DNA from: Mytilus edulis
Taxonomy: Eukaryota
NCBI RefSeq assembly: GCF_963676685.1
Contig: NC_092347.1
Span: forward strand, 34,472,001-34,536,000
Reading direction: 5' to 3'
Length of the DNA: 64,000 nt
A program made the position numbers and the translations under genes. The notes beneath the pieces were generated by a model. That model searched no databases. It was not told where the DNA came from and saw only the letters and a program-made list of their open reading frames with translations. This document shows, piece by piece, positions 13,440 to 25,413 of this stretch. Positions within the stretch are counted from its first letter, which is position 1. Each line of letters starts with the position of its first letter.

Positions 13440-15544
13440 CATGTAGCTAGAAATCCCATAAGTTATAGAATAATTTTAAAATAATTGTAAAAAAAGTGGA
13501 TAATAACACATAAGAACTTGATAAATCACTACACCATATCTCCAATAAAAACACTAACTTCATACTTACTGGAGACTTCAACTGTCCAGATATTGATTGG
13601 AACACAATGTCAATAAACCCAAACGCACAAGATAAAGAAATACAAAAAGCCCTTATGGAAGTCCTAATGTCACACTCGATCACTCAGATCCATGAAACAC
13701 CAACTAGAGGTGAAAATCTACTGGACATAGTGTTAACCACCAACCCATCACTCATCAAAACATCAACAAATGCTCCAGGAATATCTGACCATGACATGAT
13801 CATAACAGACTGTGATACAAAACCACACTACCAGAGTAAACGGCCACGTAAATGCTACATTTACTCGAAAGCAAAATGGGAAGATCTCCATGAAGAACTG
13901 GATACATTATCCAACAAAATCAGGGATATGAACCAAAACAACGCCACAGTACAAGAATTATGGGACACATTTAAATACGAACTCTACGCTAATTTGGACA
14001 AGAACATACCATCAAAACTCATCCGCTCTAAAACAAGCTTACCCTGGATAAATCACAAAACTAGGAAAATGTTCAAAAAGAAAACCAGGCTATACCAACA
14101 AGCAAAGAGAACAAAGAACTGGTCAAACTACAGGCACTTTCAAAAAGAATGCAAAAGACAAGTCCGAAAGGCTGAATGGGAATACATCAACAACACCATA
14201 ATGGAGGGACTAGAAAACAACAATCCAAAAACCTTTTTGGAAATACATAAAATCTAGGAAACAAGACAACATTGGAGTATCACCTTTGAAAAGCAATGGC
14301 CAACTAGTGAATGATAGTAAAGGGAAGGCAGAACTACTGATACAACAATTCAAATCAGTGTTCACAAGGGACAACGACAAAACACTGCCGAAAACAACAA
14401 AGCACATAAAGAACTCAATCCCATTCCTCGAAATAAAACATGAAGGAGTCGAAAAACTACTCAGGCAACTGAATCCATCAAAAGCTCCAGGACCAGACGG
14501 TATACCTTATAGAATCCTCAAAGAGTGCTCAAAACAACTTGCACCAGGACTCTCAATAATATACCAAAAGTCAATAAATACTGGAGAACTGCCAAGAGAC
14601 TGGTTAAACGCTAACATCTCGAACGTCTTTAAAAAAGGAGACAAACATGCACCAGAAAATTATAGACCGGTATCACTAACATCTGTGCCGTGTAAAATAC
14701 TTGAACATATCATCTGTAAGCACATACTAAACCATTTAGACAAACACAGTGTACTAACATCACTCAACCATGGATTCAGATCCGGATACTCGTGTGAAAC
14801 ACAGCTACTAGTCACATTGCACGACTTCATGAAATCACACGATGCTGGTAACCAAATTGATGTTGCTATCCTGGATTTTTCAAAAGCATTTGACACAGTG
14901 CCACACAACAAACTCCTGCACAAACTAGATGAATATGGTGTGAGAGGACCACTAAATAAATGGCTAGAAATGTTTCTAACTCAGAGAAGGATGAAGGTTG
15001 TCATTGATGGAGAGGAATCTGAAGAAGCTACAGTGGACTCAGGAGTGCCACAAGGAACCGTACTCGGCCCCCTTTTCTTCCTCTGTCATATCAATGATCT
15101 CCCGGACTCAGTAAAATCAACTGTTAGACTTTTTGCTGATGATTGTCTGCTGTACAGAAATATAAAAACACAACGGGACCACACACTGTTACAACAAGAT
15201 CTGGTTAGCCTAGAAAAATGGGCCAAAGACTGGGGTATGCGCTTCAATGCAAAGAAATGTTACATCCTGAGCATTAAGAACAATCAAACCGACACGCTTT
15301 GTAGACTTTGAGAGCACAAACATAGTGAACAACTCAGTTAAAAACAACTCAAAGGCAATTGAAACTACAAACTGTAAAACTGAGCAATTTAAGAACTCAT
15401 TCTTTGTCAAGACTGTGATTCACTGGAACCAACTGGAAGAAGAAATAGTGTGCGCCAAATCAGTTGAGAGCTTCAAAACAGCTCTACAACGTCGACAATA
15501 GGCCCTCTCTCTCCCGTCGAGTAAAAGCCAGTATTGGTACCTTC
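13440..15544 (+). mobile_element. 5'-truncated, decayed CR1-type non-LTR retrotransposon (APE endonuclease + RT); its 3' tail resumes at 21466-21487
   Basis: TGDFN, PTRGENLLDIVLT and SDHD (APE domain); KAPGPDGI, YRPVSLTS, DFSKAFDTVPH, GVPQGTVLGP, FADD (RT). Frameshift near 14230, internal deletion near 15290, (GATACA)n tail after the BEL element, possible TSD ATATTCT (13428-13434, 21488-21494). Clade assignment is from motif style only. Confidence 0.88.
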
Positions 15545-15682
15545 TGTCGGGAATTTAGCGCGAATATATACATGTTAACGTTGCTACTTGACTTATGTAT
15601 TTATGACGTTACTTATAGCAATGGCTAGACGTTAGAATAAACACGATCTATACACAACGCATTTTATCTACTTTACACAACA
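15545..15682 (+). repeat. 5' LTR of the BEL element
   Basis: Direct repeat of 21323-21460; TGT...ACA termini, AATAAA present. Confidence 0.95.
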
Positions 15683-15709
15683 TTTATGGTGCCGTGACTG
15701 TCGGAAACA

Positions 15710-18046
15710 ATGGAATCGAAGTTAAAAGCAGTACGTAGAGGACACAAAGGGCAAGTTACAAAGTTATTCAAGAAATTCGATGAGATTGAAAAGAATTCGA
15801 ACTTAGACAAAGACGATGTGAAACTAATTTCGGATGCAGTTGAACAGAAACAGAGGATTATCGTGGATTTGAATGAAAAGATACTGGATTTAACGTCGGA
15901 GGAGGATGTAGAGGAGGAAATTCAAGAGTCTGATGAGTATATGTTTAATTTAGAGTCCAAACTTCGGAAAATTAGAAAAATATATTCTGATTCTGTTTCT
16001 CAAAATGTCGCATCAACGTCTCTAGATCCAAATGCAAATAGTTTTATGCCATCTTACCCCACAAATTCATCGCTTACCAATGCCAATGTTATACGCAGCA
16101 ATGAAACTGAAATTAATGTACGGCCAACCAATTTTGATAACTTTCGCTCCATGCAAAATACCCATCGTGACTTGCAGTCTACAAATAACTTGTACAACCA
16201 AGGCTTTTCTTCAGTATCAAATAGCAGTCAAAATCACAGATTACCTAAACTTGATTTACCGCACTTTGATGGGGAAATTTTACAATGGCAAACATTTTGG
16301 GATTCCTATGAATCAACTATTCATTTCAACAGTACTTTGACCGAGATACAGAAATTTAGTTACTTGAAGGCCCAACTCAATGGCCATGCCGCCCAAACTA
16401 TTGAAGGTTTCACACTGACAAATGCCAATTACACCACTGCCGTTAATTTGCTCAAAGAGCGTTTTGGATCGCCTCAAAAGATTATTCATGCCTACATGAA
16501 AGCTTTAATGGATCTTCCTTCACCGTCAAATGATTTGAACAGCCTAAGAAGGTACGGAGACCACCTAGAATTGTACGTAAGAGGTCTTGAATGTTTGGGT
16601 CAAACACAAGAAATGTATGGCGCGCTATTAGTACCTATAATTATTAGTAAACTACCAGTAGAAACGAGAAAAAGTATTGCCCGTGAATATGATAGCGATC
16701 ATTTAACTCTAAACAACCTCAGAAAAGCCATCACAAAAGAAGCGAGAATTCTTGAAACAGGACAATTTACTAACCGCGAAGGTTTACATACTACCGCAAC
16801 ATTTCTGACCGAAGCTCGCAATAAAACTCAGCGAAATTTCAATACAAACAATCCACGTTTCAATGACAAAAAACGTCCTTGCATCTACTGCACTGGTATA
16901 CATTTTCCGGGAGATTGCACAATAATTTCTGACGTGAATGAAAGACTGAACATTGTAAAGCAAAAGAAAAAATGTTTCAACTGTCTAGGAAAACACGGTG
17001 TTGCCGAGTGTAAATCGTGTAACCGATGTAAGAAATGTAACAAGAAACATCACACCAGTATTTGCGAGGAACAAGCTACAGATGGAAAAGGACAGGACAG
17101 CAAGGAAAAATCAACCGTTGTAAGCTTGGTAAAAACAGAAGAACCAGAAACTGCAGTAATGTATACCTCACAACACACAAGCGTTTTATTGAAAACCGCT
17201 ATCGCACCAATATCATACGGGAAACAGATCACAGAAGCTAGTATTTCATTTGACGAAGGTGCCCAACGTTCATTCATCACTCAGAGCATAGCAGACAAAT
17301 TACAGATAAGACCAAGCGGAAGGGACACAATTGAACTGTCAGCCTTTGGAGACAAGGAGAAGAATATACGCCATTTGGATACAGCAACCGTTCAACTACA
17401 AACTGACAAAGGTGAGATTGTAAACATTAATGCATTGATTGTTCCAGATATTGCAGTTCCACTTCAAAACCAGACGAAATACTTTACACGCAATTTGCCA
17501 TACTTAAAAGATTTAAAGCTCGCACATCCGACAAATAACGCTGATAGCTTTGAAATTTCACTCTTGATAGGAGCCGATTACTATTGGGATATAGTTCAAG
17601 ATCACGTGATAAGAGGGAATGGATCTACAGCCGTAGCATCAAAAATTGGTTACTTGTTATCTGGACCGGTAATAAGAAACGGAGAGAAATCCTTAACTTC
17701 ATCAATTCTTTTGAATGTTACTTCACATCATGCAGAGGAAAGCGATATCGAGAAATTCTGGAATCTAGAATTGTTAGGAATACGTTTACCACAACAGAAC
17801 GATGAGGAGAGTTTTGTAAAGACTTATCAACAAGACTGTATCAAATTTGAAAACGAACGTTATTCTGCCAAGTTGCCATGGAAACTGGATCATCCGGACT
17901 TACCTTCCAACATCATGATCGCTAAAGCAAGGACCGAGAGCACAATTAGAAGACTAAGTCGTGAACCACATTTACTTAGAAAATATTCAGAAATTATTGA
18001 AGACCAAATGAAGAGAGGGTTCATAGAGAAGGTACTAAAACGATGA
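15710..18046 (+). CDS. BEL/Pao Gag-protease part of the polyprotein
   Basis: RLPKLDLPHFDG...WQTFWDSY Gag region, Cys/His knuckles (CIYCTGIH..C, CFNCLGKH..C, CKKCNKKHHTSIC), aspartic protease FDEGAQRSFI and LLIGADYYW. Confidence 0.92.
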   Translation: MESKLKAVRRGHKGQVTKLFKKFDEIEKNSNLDKDDVKLISDAVEQKQRIIVDLNEKILDLTSEEDVEEEIQESDEYMFNLESKLRKIRKIYSDSVSQNVASTSLDPNANSFMPSYPTNSSLTNANVIRSNETEINVRPTNFDNFRSMQNTHRDLQSTNNLYNQGFSSVSNSSQNHRLPKLDLPHFDGEILQWQTFWDSYESTIHFNSTLTEIQKFSYLKAQLNGHAAQTIEGFTLTNANYTTAVNLLKERFGSPQKIIHAYMKALMDLPSPSNDLNSLRRYGDHLELYVRGLECLGQTQEMYGALLVPIIISKLPVETRKSIAREYDSDHLTLNNLRKAITKEARILETGQFTNREGLHTTATFLTEARNKTQRNFNTNNPRFNDKKRPCIYCTGIHFPGDCTIISDVNERLNIVKQKKKCFNCLGKHGVAECKSCNRCKKCNKKHHTSICEEQATDGKGQDSKEKSTVVSLVKTEEPETAVMYTSQHTSVLLKTAIAPISYGKQITEASISFDEGAQRSFITQSIADKLQIRPSGRDTIELSAFGDKEKNIRHLDTATVQLQTDKGEIVNINALIVPDIAVPLQNQTKYFTRNLPYLKDLKLAHPTNNADSFEISLLIGADYYWDIVQDHVIRGNGSTAVASKIGYLLSGPVIRNGEKSLTSSILLNVTSHHAEESDIEKFWNLELLGIRLPQQNDEESFVKTYQQDCIKFENERYSAKLPWKLDHPDLPSNIMIAKARTESTIRRLSREPHLLRKYSEIIEDQMKRGFIEKVLKR

Positions 18047-21000
18047 AAACGACAATGGTAAAAGCACTCACTACATACCACATCATGCCGTAAAAAAGGA
18101 TTCGACAACAACACCAATTCGTATAGTGTACGACTGCAGCTGTAAAAAATCGCCAGATCACGCAAGTTTGAATGACTGCCTAATGTCAACCCCGCCAGAT
18201 TTGAACGACTTGACAAAAATATTAATGGGATTTAGAACCAAGAAGTACGCAATAAGCACGGACATTGAAAAGGCTTTCTTACATATCGGATTAGATGAGA
18301 AAGATCGAGATTTTACACGTTTTTTTTGGTTGAGCGACACAGATAATCCCAGCAGTACTCTTACAACATATCGATTTAAATCTATTTTGTTTGGTGCAAC
18401 AAGTTCACCGTTCATCCTTAATGCAACACTACTTAAACACTTGGATGCATGCAACACAAATATATCAGCAATGATGAAGAATGACCTTTACGTGGATAAT
18501 ATTTTGTCCAGTTTGGAAAATGAAGATGACGCCGCAAAGTATTTTGTACAAGCCAGATCATTGATGTCGGAGGCTGGATTCAACCTTCGTTCATGGAGTT
18601 CAAATTGCTCAAAACTTACAGATTTAGCCAAACAACATGACGTATGCGAAAAAGAAACTTTTGTCAAAATACTTGGACTGAAATGGGATACAGTTAAAGA
18701 TACGATCACTTTTCAAAAAGTCGACTTATTTGATATTGAACTACCAAATATTACGAAACGTGGAATTCTTAAACAGTCGTCACGTATTTACGATCCGCTA
18801 GGATTACTTAGCCCTGTATCCGTACGAGCAAAGATTTTAATGCAGACATTATGGGAACAGAAGTACGAATGGGATGAGCCACTACCATTAGAAATACAGA
18901 CAACATGGAAAAATTTAGCCAAAGATTTGGAGAAAACGACTTATACAGAATTGAAAAGACCGTATTTTCCCAATTTACCAGATCAGAAAACCCAACTTCA
19001 CGTTTTTGTAGACGCTAGTACAACTGCATACGGAGCAACTGTTTACATATGTAACCATCATGAGTCATCATTAGTTATTGCAAAGAATAGAGTAGCACCG
19101 CTTAAACAACTGACACTACCACAGCTGGAATTAATGGCCGCATTGATTGGAGCACGACTAGCCGATCACGTAAAATCAGTTCTACACATAGAAAACATAA
19201 CGTTTTGGTCAGACAGTCAGATAGTACTACAGTGGTTATCAACTTCAAAGCAATTAAAAAAGTTCATACGAAATAGAGTAACGGAAATACGCAAATTGAC
19301 CAATACACAAGAATGGAGATATTGCCCAACGAAAGATAATCCAGCTGACCTTCTTACTAGAGGACTCAGCGCGTCACAGTTTGAACAGAATACACTATGG
19401 TTCAACGGACCCGAATGGATCTCTGATGCATCAAAATGGCCGTCATGGAAGCCAAATGACACAACAGTACTACTTACCAGTACAGATATAGAAGATTCAA
19501 GTACAGCGGACAAAGAAATAGATAATCAACAAGGAATACACCAAATTGTGCAAATTACTAGATATAGTACATTATCAAAATTACTACGAATAACAGCTTA
19601 TCTATTAAGATTTATACGAAATTGCCGTTCGCCAATATTACAGAGAAATAAGGCGAAATACGTTTCAAGAGAGGAATTGCAGGATGCAACAGAGTGTTGG
19701 ATACTAAATTGCCAAAGAACTTCATTTAAGGACGAAATGTTACACTTGAAATTAAAGGATACTAAACCTACTGTTTTAGTTAGACAACTAAGATTGTACC
19801 TGAATAACAAAGACGCAATTTGCTGTGGAGGGAGAATTCATAACGCACCTGTTTGTGAAAATACGAAATTTCCTTATTTATTACCTAGAAGTCATCATTT
19901 TACGAAATTAGTTGTTCTTGATATACACAAGTACATGAAACACTCAGGAGTTTTATCAACAGTGACTCAGATACGACAAACTTACTGGATACCCCGAATT
20001 CGCCAATACGTAAGAGGAATTTTGCGAAATTGCGTAATTTGTCGAAAAATCAACAGTAAACCATATACAGCACCCGATCCTCCGCCACTGCCAAAAGTTC
20101 GATTACTTGAAGCACCGCCTTTTACAATTACCGGCGTAGACTTTACCGGAGCGCTGTACATTAGAGATACACATGATACTGAAAACAAGGTTTTTATATG
20201 CCTATTCACTTGTGCTTCAACGAGAGCCGTACACCTGGAAGTTGTACCGGACTTATCAGAAAAATCATTTTTACAAGCCTTTAGAAGATTCGCTGGTCGT
20301 AAATCTAGACCACACACCATTATATCGGATAACGCCTCGACGTATTTAGCCGCCTCGGAAACATTAAAGAAATTAACCCAATCACCATCGCTAAACGATA
20401 CGTTGTCAACATATGGAACAACTTGGAGATTCATACCGAAAAGAGCGCCCTGGTATGGTGGATGGTGGGAACGCTTAATAGGAATTACAAAAACTTGTTT
20501 GAAGAAAACATTAGGCAGATCTTACGTTACCATGGATACACTTCAAACAATTCTGACAGAAATAGAAGCGATCATTAATGATAGACCATTGACCTACGTA
20601 TCACCGGATATTGAGGACGAGGAGCCGTTAACTCCGTCACACTTGCTGTACGGAAGAAGAATAACTTTAACGCCGTGTCCACAACCGAATATTGAATACA
20701 TTGCCGTGAATAGTGGAAAACAAGAACTGCATAAACATTTGAATAAACAGTCGAGTTTAATGGAGAATTTTTGGAACCGGTGGAAATCCGAGTACATAAC
20801 GACTCTTAGAGAGTTTCATCGCCAAACAGGAAACAACTTACAAACTATACAAGTTGGAGATGTAGTGCAAGTCCAAGATGATAAATTACCGAAAAACCGA
20901 TGGAACATTGCCGTTGTTGATGAATTGATCACCGGAAACGATGGTTTTACACGAGCAGCTATAATACGAACTAGTGCAGGACGTACTTCGCGTCCTATAG

Positions 21001-21155
21001 TAAAACTGTACCCGCTCGAAATCCGGACAAACATTAACAACTTAGATGACAACAATGATGATTCTTCAACAGAGAGATTGACAAGAGTTCTACCAAAACG
21101 AGAGGCATCTGTCCGAGCTCGAGAGAACATCAAGAAATGGACTACCCAAAAGTGA
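18039..21155 (+). CDS. BEL/Pao RT-RNaseH-integrase part of the polyprotein (+1 frame relative to the upstream ORF)
   Basis: Frame is open from 18039: HYIPHHAVKK..PIRIVYD, DIEKAFL, FGATSSPF, YVDN, FVDAS/LPQLEL/WSDS (RNase H), integrase HHCC and GVDF..SDNA..GGWWERL. Confidence 0.93.
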   Translation, partial: NDENDNGKSTHYIPHHAVKKDSTTTPIRIVYDCSCKKSPDHASLNDCLMSTPPDLNDLTKILMGFRTKKYAISTDIEKAFLHIGLDEKDRDFTRFFWLSDTDNPSSTLTTYRFKSILFGATSSPFILNATLLKHLDACNTNISAMMKNDLYVDNILSSLENEDDAAKYFVQARSLMSEAGFNLRSWSSNCSKLTDLAKQHDVCEKETFVKILGLKWDTVKDTITFQKVDLFDIELPNITKRGILKQSSRIYDPLGLLSPVSVRAKILMQTLWEQKYEWDEPLPLEIQTTWKNLAKDLEKTTYTELKRPYFPNLPDQKTQLHVFVDASTTAYGATVYICNHHESSLVIAKNRVAPLKQLTLPQLELMAALIGARLADHVKSVLHIENITFWSDSQIVLQWLSTSKQLKKFIRNRVTEIRKLTNTQEWRYCPTKDNPADLLTRGLSASQFEQNTLWFNGPEWISDASKWPSWKPNDTTVLLTSTDIEDSSTADKEIDNQQGIHQIVQITRYSTLSKLLRITAYLLRFIRNCRSPILQRNKAKYVSREELQDATECWILNCQRTSFKDEMLHLKLKDTKPTVLVRQLRLYLNNKDAICCGGRIHNAPVCENTKFPYLLPRSHHFTKLVVLDIHKYMKHSGVLSTVTQIRQTYWIPRIRQYVRGILRNCVICRKINSKPYTAPDPPPLPKVRLLEAPPFTITGVDFTGALYIRDTHDTENKVFICLFTCASTRAVHLEVVPDLSEKSFLQAFRRFAGRKSRPHTIISDNASTYLAASETLKKLTQSPSLNDTLSTYGTTWRFIPKRAPWYGGWWERLIGITKTCLKKTLGRSYVTMDTLQTILTEIEAIINDRPLTYVSPDIEDEEPLTPSHLLYGRRITLTPCPQPNIEYIAVNSGKQELHKHLNKQSSLMENFWNRWKSEYITTLREFHRQTGNNLQTIQVGDVVQVQDDKLPKNRWNIAVVDELITGNDGFTRAAIIRTSAGRTSRPIVKLYPLEIRTNINNLDDNNDDSSTERLTRVLPKREASVRARENIKKWTTQK

Positions 21156-21322
21156 TAGACTTCGTTAAAAGTGAAAGACTTCGTTAAAAGTGAATTTAAT
21201 AAGTGAATTATTTGAATTTGTTTTAGAAAGACATTTTAATTATTTAATTTTCAGAAATATCTATTCGATTGACATTTAAAGAATTAATAATTTCATATTT
21301 TAACTTTTGCCGGCCCCGAGAA

Positions 21323-21460
21323 TGTCGGGAATTTAGCGCGAATATATACATGTTAACGTTGCTACTTGACTTATGTATTTATGACGTTACTTATAGCAAT
21401 GGCTAGACGTTAAAATAAACACGATCTATACACAACGCATTTTATCTACTTTACACAACA
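21323..21460 (+). repeat. 3' LTR of the BEL element
   Basis: Direct repeat of 15545-15682 with one G/A difference. Confidence 0.95.
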
Positions 21461-22377
21461 CCTTCGACGTAACGATACAGATACAGAATATTCTCTTTCA
21501 CAGGTGCGAATGTGACACCTGCTTACTGTCTTAGTGTCCAAGGGGCAATCAACTGACAAACTTCTTTTTATGATTGTTCTTAAATATAAGCTTATTGATT
21601 ACTGAAATGCCCCTTTTTTTAAATGTCACAAAAATTATAAATATCTATTTTGGTCTTTTTTAGCGGGATAAGGGACGTAACTCTCACTAATAACCGAAAA
21701 TGCAGCAATTTGCAAACAAGTCATAAGAAAATATATAAACTTGATCACAATATTGTCCGGTTCATTTAAATGACTTCTCTGCAGATACCTATTGAAACAA
21801 TAACACATTTTAGTAGCAATACATCGATTGCAATTTCGTATTTCTCTCGAAATCATAGTCAGCCAAAAGCTTTATCTGGCTTGTGTGCGTTCTAAAAATT
21901 ACCTATAGTAACAAAATATATATAAGGTGTGGTATGATTTCCGATGAGACAATTATCCACCGAGATTAAGGGTGTTAAAACAATGTGCCACGGTGCAATA
22001 TGTAAAATATTCTAAAAAGAAAAATTAACAGCATTAATTATTCTAAATATAAAAAATTATCTGGTAGAAGCAGAAAAAACATGGTTATCCATTACGTAAT
22101 TTCATTCTAACGTAACAGCTGACGATTGACCAATCATTTTTTTAAATTAGATACAGAAAGGGAGGATAAATCCCGGGTTGTTTCATATACATGTATAATA
22201 ATACAAACTAAAAAAAATGTTTTTGTTGAATCACTAGATTGAAGCAATTATATAGGCCACCATACAGTTTAATGGCCATACCACATAATTATCTATAAAA
22301 GGCCACGACATAATCAAAAATGTAACTTTGAGTTGGTACCGCTGTTTTAATTGTAATACTTCTATCAGATGATCACA

Positions 22378-22549
22378 TAGGCGGATCCAGGGGGGGGGGG
22401 GGGGGGGGGGGCTTTCGTGGGAAAAATTTGGTTGATTATATAGGGTATCACTGAAGCATGACTGGAGAGGCCCCCCCCCTTAGGTCAGTCAGCGCCCCCC
22501 CCCCCCCCCCCCCCCTTCCCCTTTAGGAAAAGTTCTGGATCCGCCACTG
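22378..22549. mobile_element. G/C-tract MITE (hAT-like ends); partial relative at ~12640-12767
   Basis: GGCGGATCCAG...CTGGATCCGCC inverted ends; core GGGAAAA..TATATAGGG.ATCACTGAAG.ATGACTGGAG shared with the 12.7-kb copy. Confidence 0.75.
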
Positions 22550-23285
22550 AGATCGATACCTATGCTGGTGGTTCTTTGTCTCATAATCAGTTAGTCGATA
22601 ACTCCCTTCATGTTGCTCATCAAATATAATTGTGGTATGTCTAATTCGATAGTCTGTCATCTCAATTCTGTAAAACAGATAATCATATTTAATAAATTTT
22701 TCGTTTTTGATGATAATTCAAACTTCAACATTTGGGATAATATAAACGGTACAAATTTTACTGCACCAGATCTCTTGTATTCTTTGTAAGCAGCAATCTC
22801 CTTTCAATGAAAGGAAATCAAGCTGATATATTACTATAACCAGAGACATATAATAATATAAATGTATTATATGTCTCTGCTATAACTATGTGTATTTATT
22901 TGGGAAACAAAACAATATTTTTACGGCCAGTTGTGATGCAATAGAAGTTCCAAATCGAAGAAATATAACAGAATAAAGAGCTAGTATAGATACTTATTCC
23001 AATAAAAACTTACATTATAACATTGTTTATAAAAAAAAAATCCAGAGGAACTTCTGTTAGGAAACAAGACGTTTCGGCCATAGAGCCAATTTGTCCTTAT
23101 GGTTGTAATGACCATACTGTGAAGAAATTGTGTTGTATATACTAATTACTTTCATTATTGCGCCTGTCCCAAATCAGGAGCCTCTGGCCTTTGTTAGTCT
23201 TGTAGGATTTTTAACTTTAGTTTCTTGTGTATAATTCGGAGTTTAGTATGACGTTCATTATCACAGAACTAGTATACATTTTTGT

Positions 23286-24631
23286 GGTGTCTTCCCATTT
23301 ATCCAACTTTTTAAAATAAGGTATTCTCATTTAGCCAACTTTTTATTTTTGTTAATTATTGGGTTGTTTGTTTAGTAATAATAAGGTGTCTTTTTAAAAT
23401 TTGACAGTAAATTTGTTCCTGTATGTTTTTTATATTATTTAAAAAATATATATAAAACAGGCGATAGTAAACTTTTTTTAAATAAAATTTAGTACATTTT
23501 AGATAATAAATAAATGTTTCATCATTTATACAGAAGAAACCCACAAATCAGTAATATTTTTATATTAACATTTTATCACTTTTTAAATTGTAAGTGCAAG
23601 TTATAACATTACAATAAATGTGACACCTGTTAACTTATAATACTGGTGATGATTCAAGGTGATTACCAAATTAAACATTGTTCGTGTTCAGCATATTTGG
23701 TGTTAAAAATTAAAACTATGTTACAGTACTCAGCAATTTTTCCAAAACATGTGAATGAATGAATGAATGAACTCTATTCTTATAAGATTACATTTCATAG
23801 TTAAGCTCATGTTGTAGTATATATATAGCCATTCAATTCGAAATTTCATCAACGTATATCACTACACTGATGCAGTATCCCACCTACTGAAACTAGGATG
23901 AAGATCTAATGAACATTCCTTTAGTGTGTGCTATGGATATTTCTGTGCTACGTTTTTTAACCATTGTGCTTGCATTACTATTTTTTTTAAATGTATGATG
24001 AGTGTATCTTCTGAACATTTCTTTAGTACCATTGTATGTTGTGTGAATCTACTGAACATTTATTTAGTCACAGTGTGCTATTGATATTTCTGTGCCAGTA
24101 TTTTATAACCATTGTGCTTGAATTGCTTTTGCTTTTGTTTATATATGTATATATGTTGTGTGAACTTTGATATGACATGTTCAGTCTTTGTGTAGTTAAA
24201 CGTATTCAACTTATATTTTGTCCCATTTGGATCATTTGGTCAGAAGAACAGAAAAAAATGAACGAAGGGGATCTATTACACAAAAAAAAAGCTCCATCTA
24301 ATTGACAAATCTCTTCATGAATAAAAGTGCACTTGATATTTTTCTATCCAATTCACATTTTGATTAACGGTTAAAAAAACTTAAAAATACTTTCAAATGA
24401 TTTACATGACATTAACTAAATGTCATTGCACATTTTAACATACTATGCTTAATAATACTACCTAAAATTTAATCCGGCTATAATTTTCAGTCTTAGTTTT
24501 AACCTGTCATTTAACCAAAACTCTAATTGAAAAAACCTTTGTTCTTGATTACCTTTGATCTCATCTATCCAACTTTTTTTTTTACCTGTACCACCTATAA
24601 ATTTAAAAAGTTGGATAAATGAGAATGAACC
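23286..24631. mobile_element. Non-autonomous DNA transposon with GGT...ACC ends and 8-bp TSD (Merlin-like)
   Basis: TIR core CATTTATCCAACTTTTTAAA/TTTAAAAAGTTGGATAAATG; TSD ATTTTTGT. It appears to split an older dispersed repeat (23155-23285 + 24632-24780). Confidence 0.75.
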
Positions 24632-25091
24632 ATTTTTGTTTAGGGGCCAGCTGAAGCACGCCTCCGGGGGTTGGAGTATTTCGCAGCATTGAAGACCCAT
24701 TGGTGGCCTTCGGCTGTTGTCTGCTCTTTGGTCGGGTTGTTGTCTCTTTGACATATTCACATCCAATTCTCAATTTTATAAATTTATCTTTTCATTAAGC
24801 AGTGACATATAATACAATGATAATGTGTTATATGTCTCTGCTTTAAGTAAGGATGTTTAAAAAAAAAACCAGTATTGTGTATACATCATTTTACTATGAT
24901 ATGTAGTACCAGTATTTGCTGTTGATTAGTTTACAAAAAATATCGTCTTGACAGGCGAAAAATGCAATGTGACATGCGATTTTGGTGGATTGCTTAAAAG
25001 AATGCAGAGATAGCTTTCTGAAAACATACTGCCGAAATAAAATTTGTAAATAGGTTAATTTCTATTCGACCTTTTTAGAGGTTGAATGTTA

Positions 25092-25413
25092 GGGGTCATC
25101 CATAATTGTTAACCATTTTCCAGAGTGTACAAAACGTACACTTGGGGAGGGGTTTAAAAATCAACATTATTACCGTACGTTTTTTTTTTTAAATAAAAAT
25201 AAAACAGTCAGATATGGTTCAGTTTATTTTCAATGCAAATGTTTACATTAACTAAACTATAATAGGCAGGATCTTCTTTTTATTTAAAAATGATTGATTT
25301 TTGTCTTGAAATCTGAAAATGGTTGATGTACACTTTTTGAGGGAGGGTGGGGGGTCTGAAAAAGTGTATGTTTTGTGCACTTTGGTAAATGGTTGACAAT
25401 TATGGATAACCCC
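25092..25413. mobile_element. PIF/Harbinger-like MITE
   Basis: GGGGTCATCCATAATTGTTAACCATTT / AAATGGTTGACAATTATGGATAACCCC inverted ends. Confidence 0.65.

Larger units (their letters stand above)
15545..21460 (+). mobile_element. Full-length BEL/Pao LTR retrotransposon
   Basis: LTRs 15545-15682 and 21323-21460 (TG...CA, 138 bp, one mismatch), 5-bp TSD CCTTC (15540-15544, 21461-21465), PBS TGGTGCCGTGAC at 15687, gag-pro-RT-RNaseH-IN domain order. Confidence 0.97.

Noticed and set aside
17050-21133. Several antisense ORFs inside the BEL element
   Set aside because: Shadow ORFs of a long coding strand with no domains. There is also no room for an env gene between integrase and the 3' LTR.
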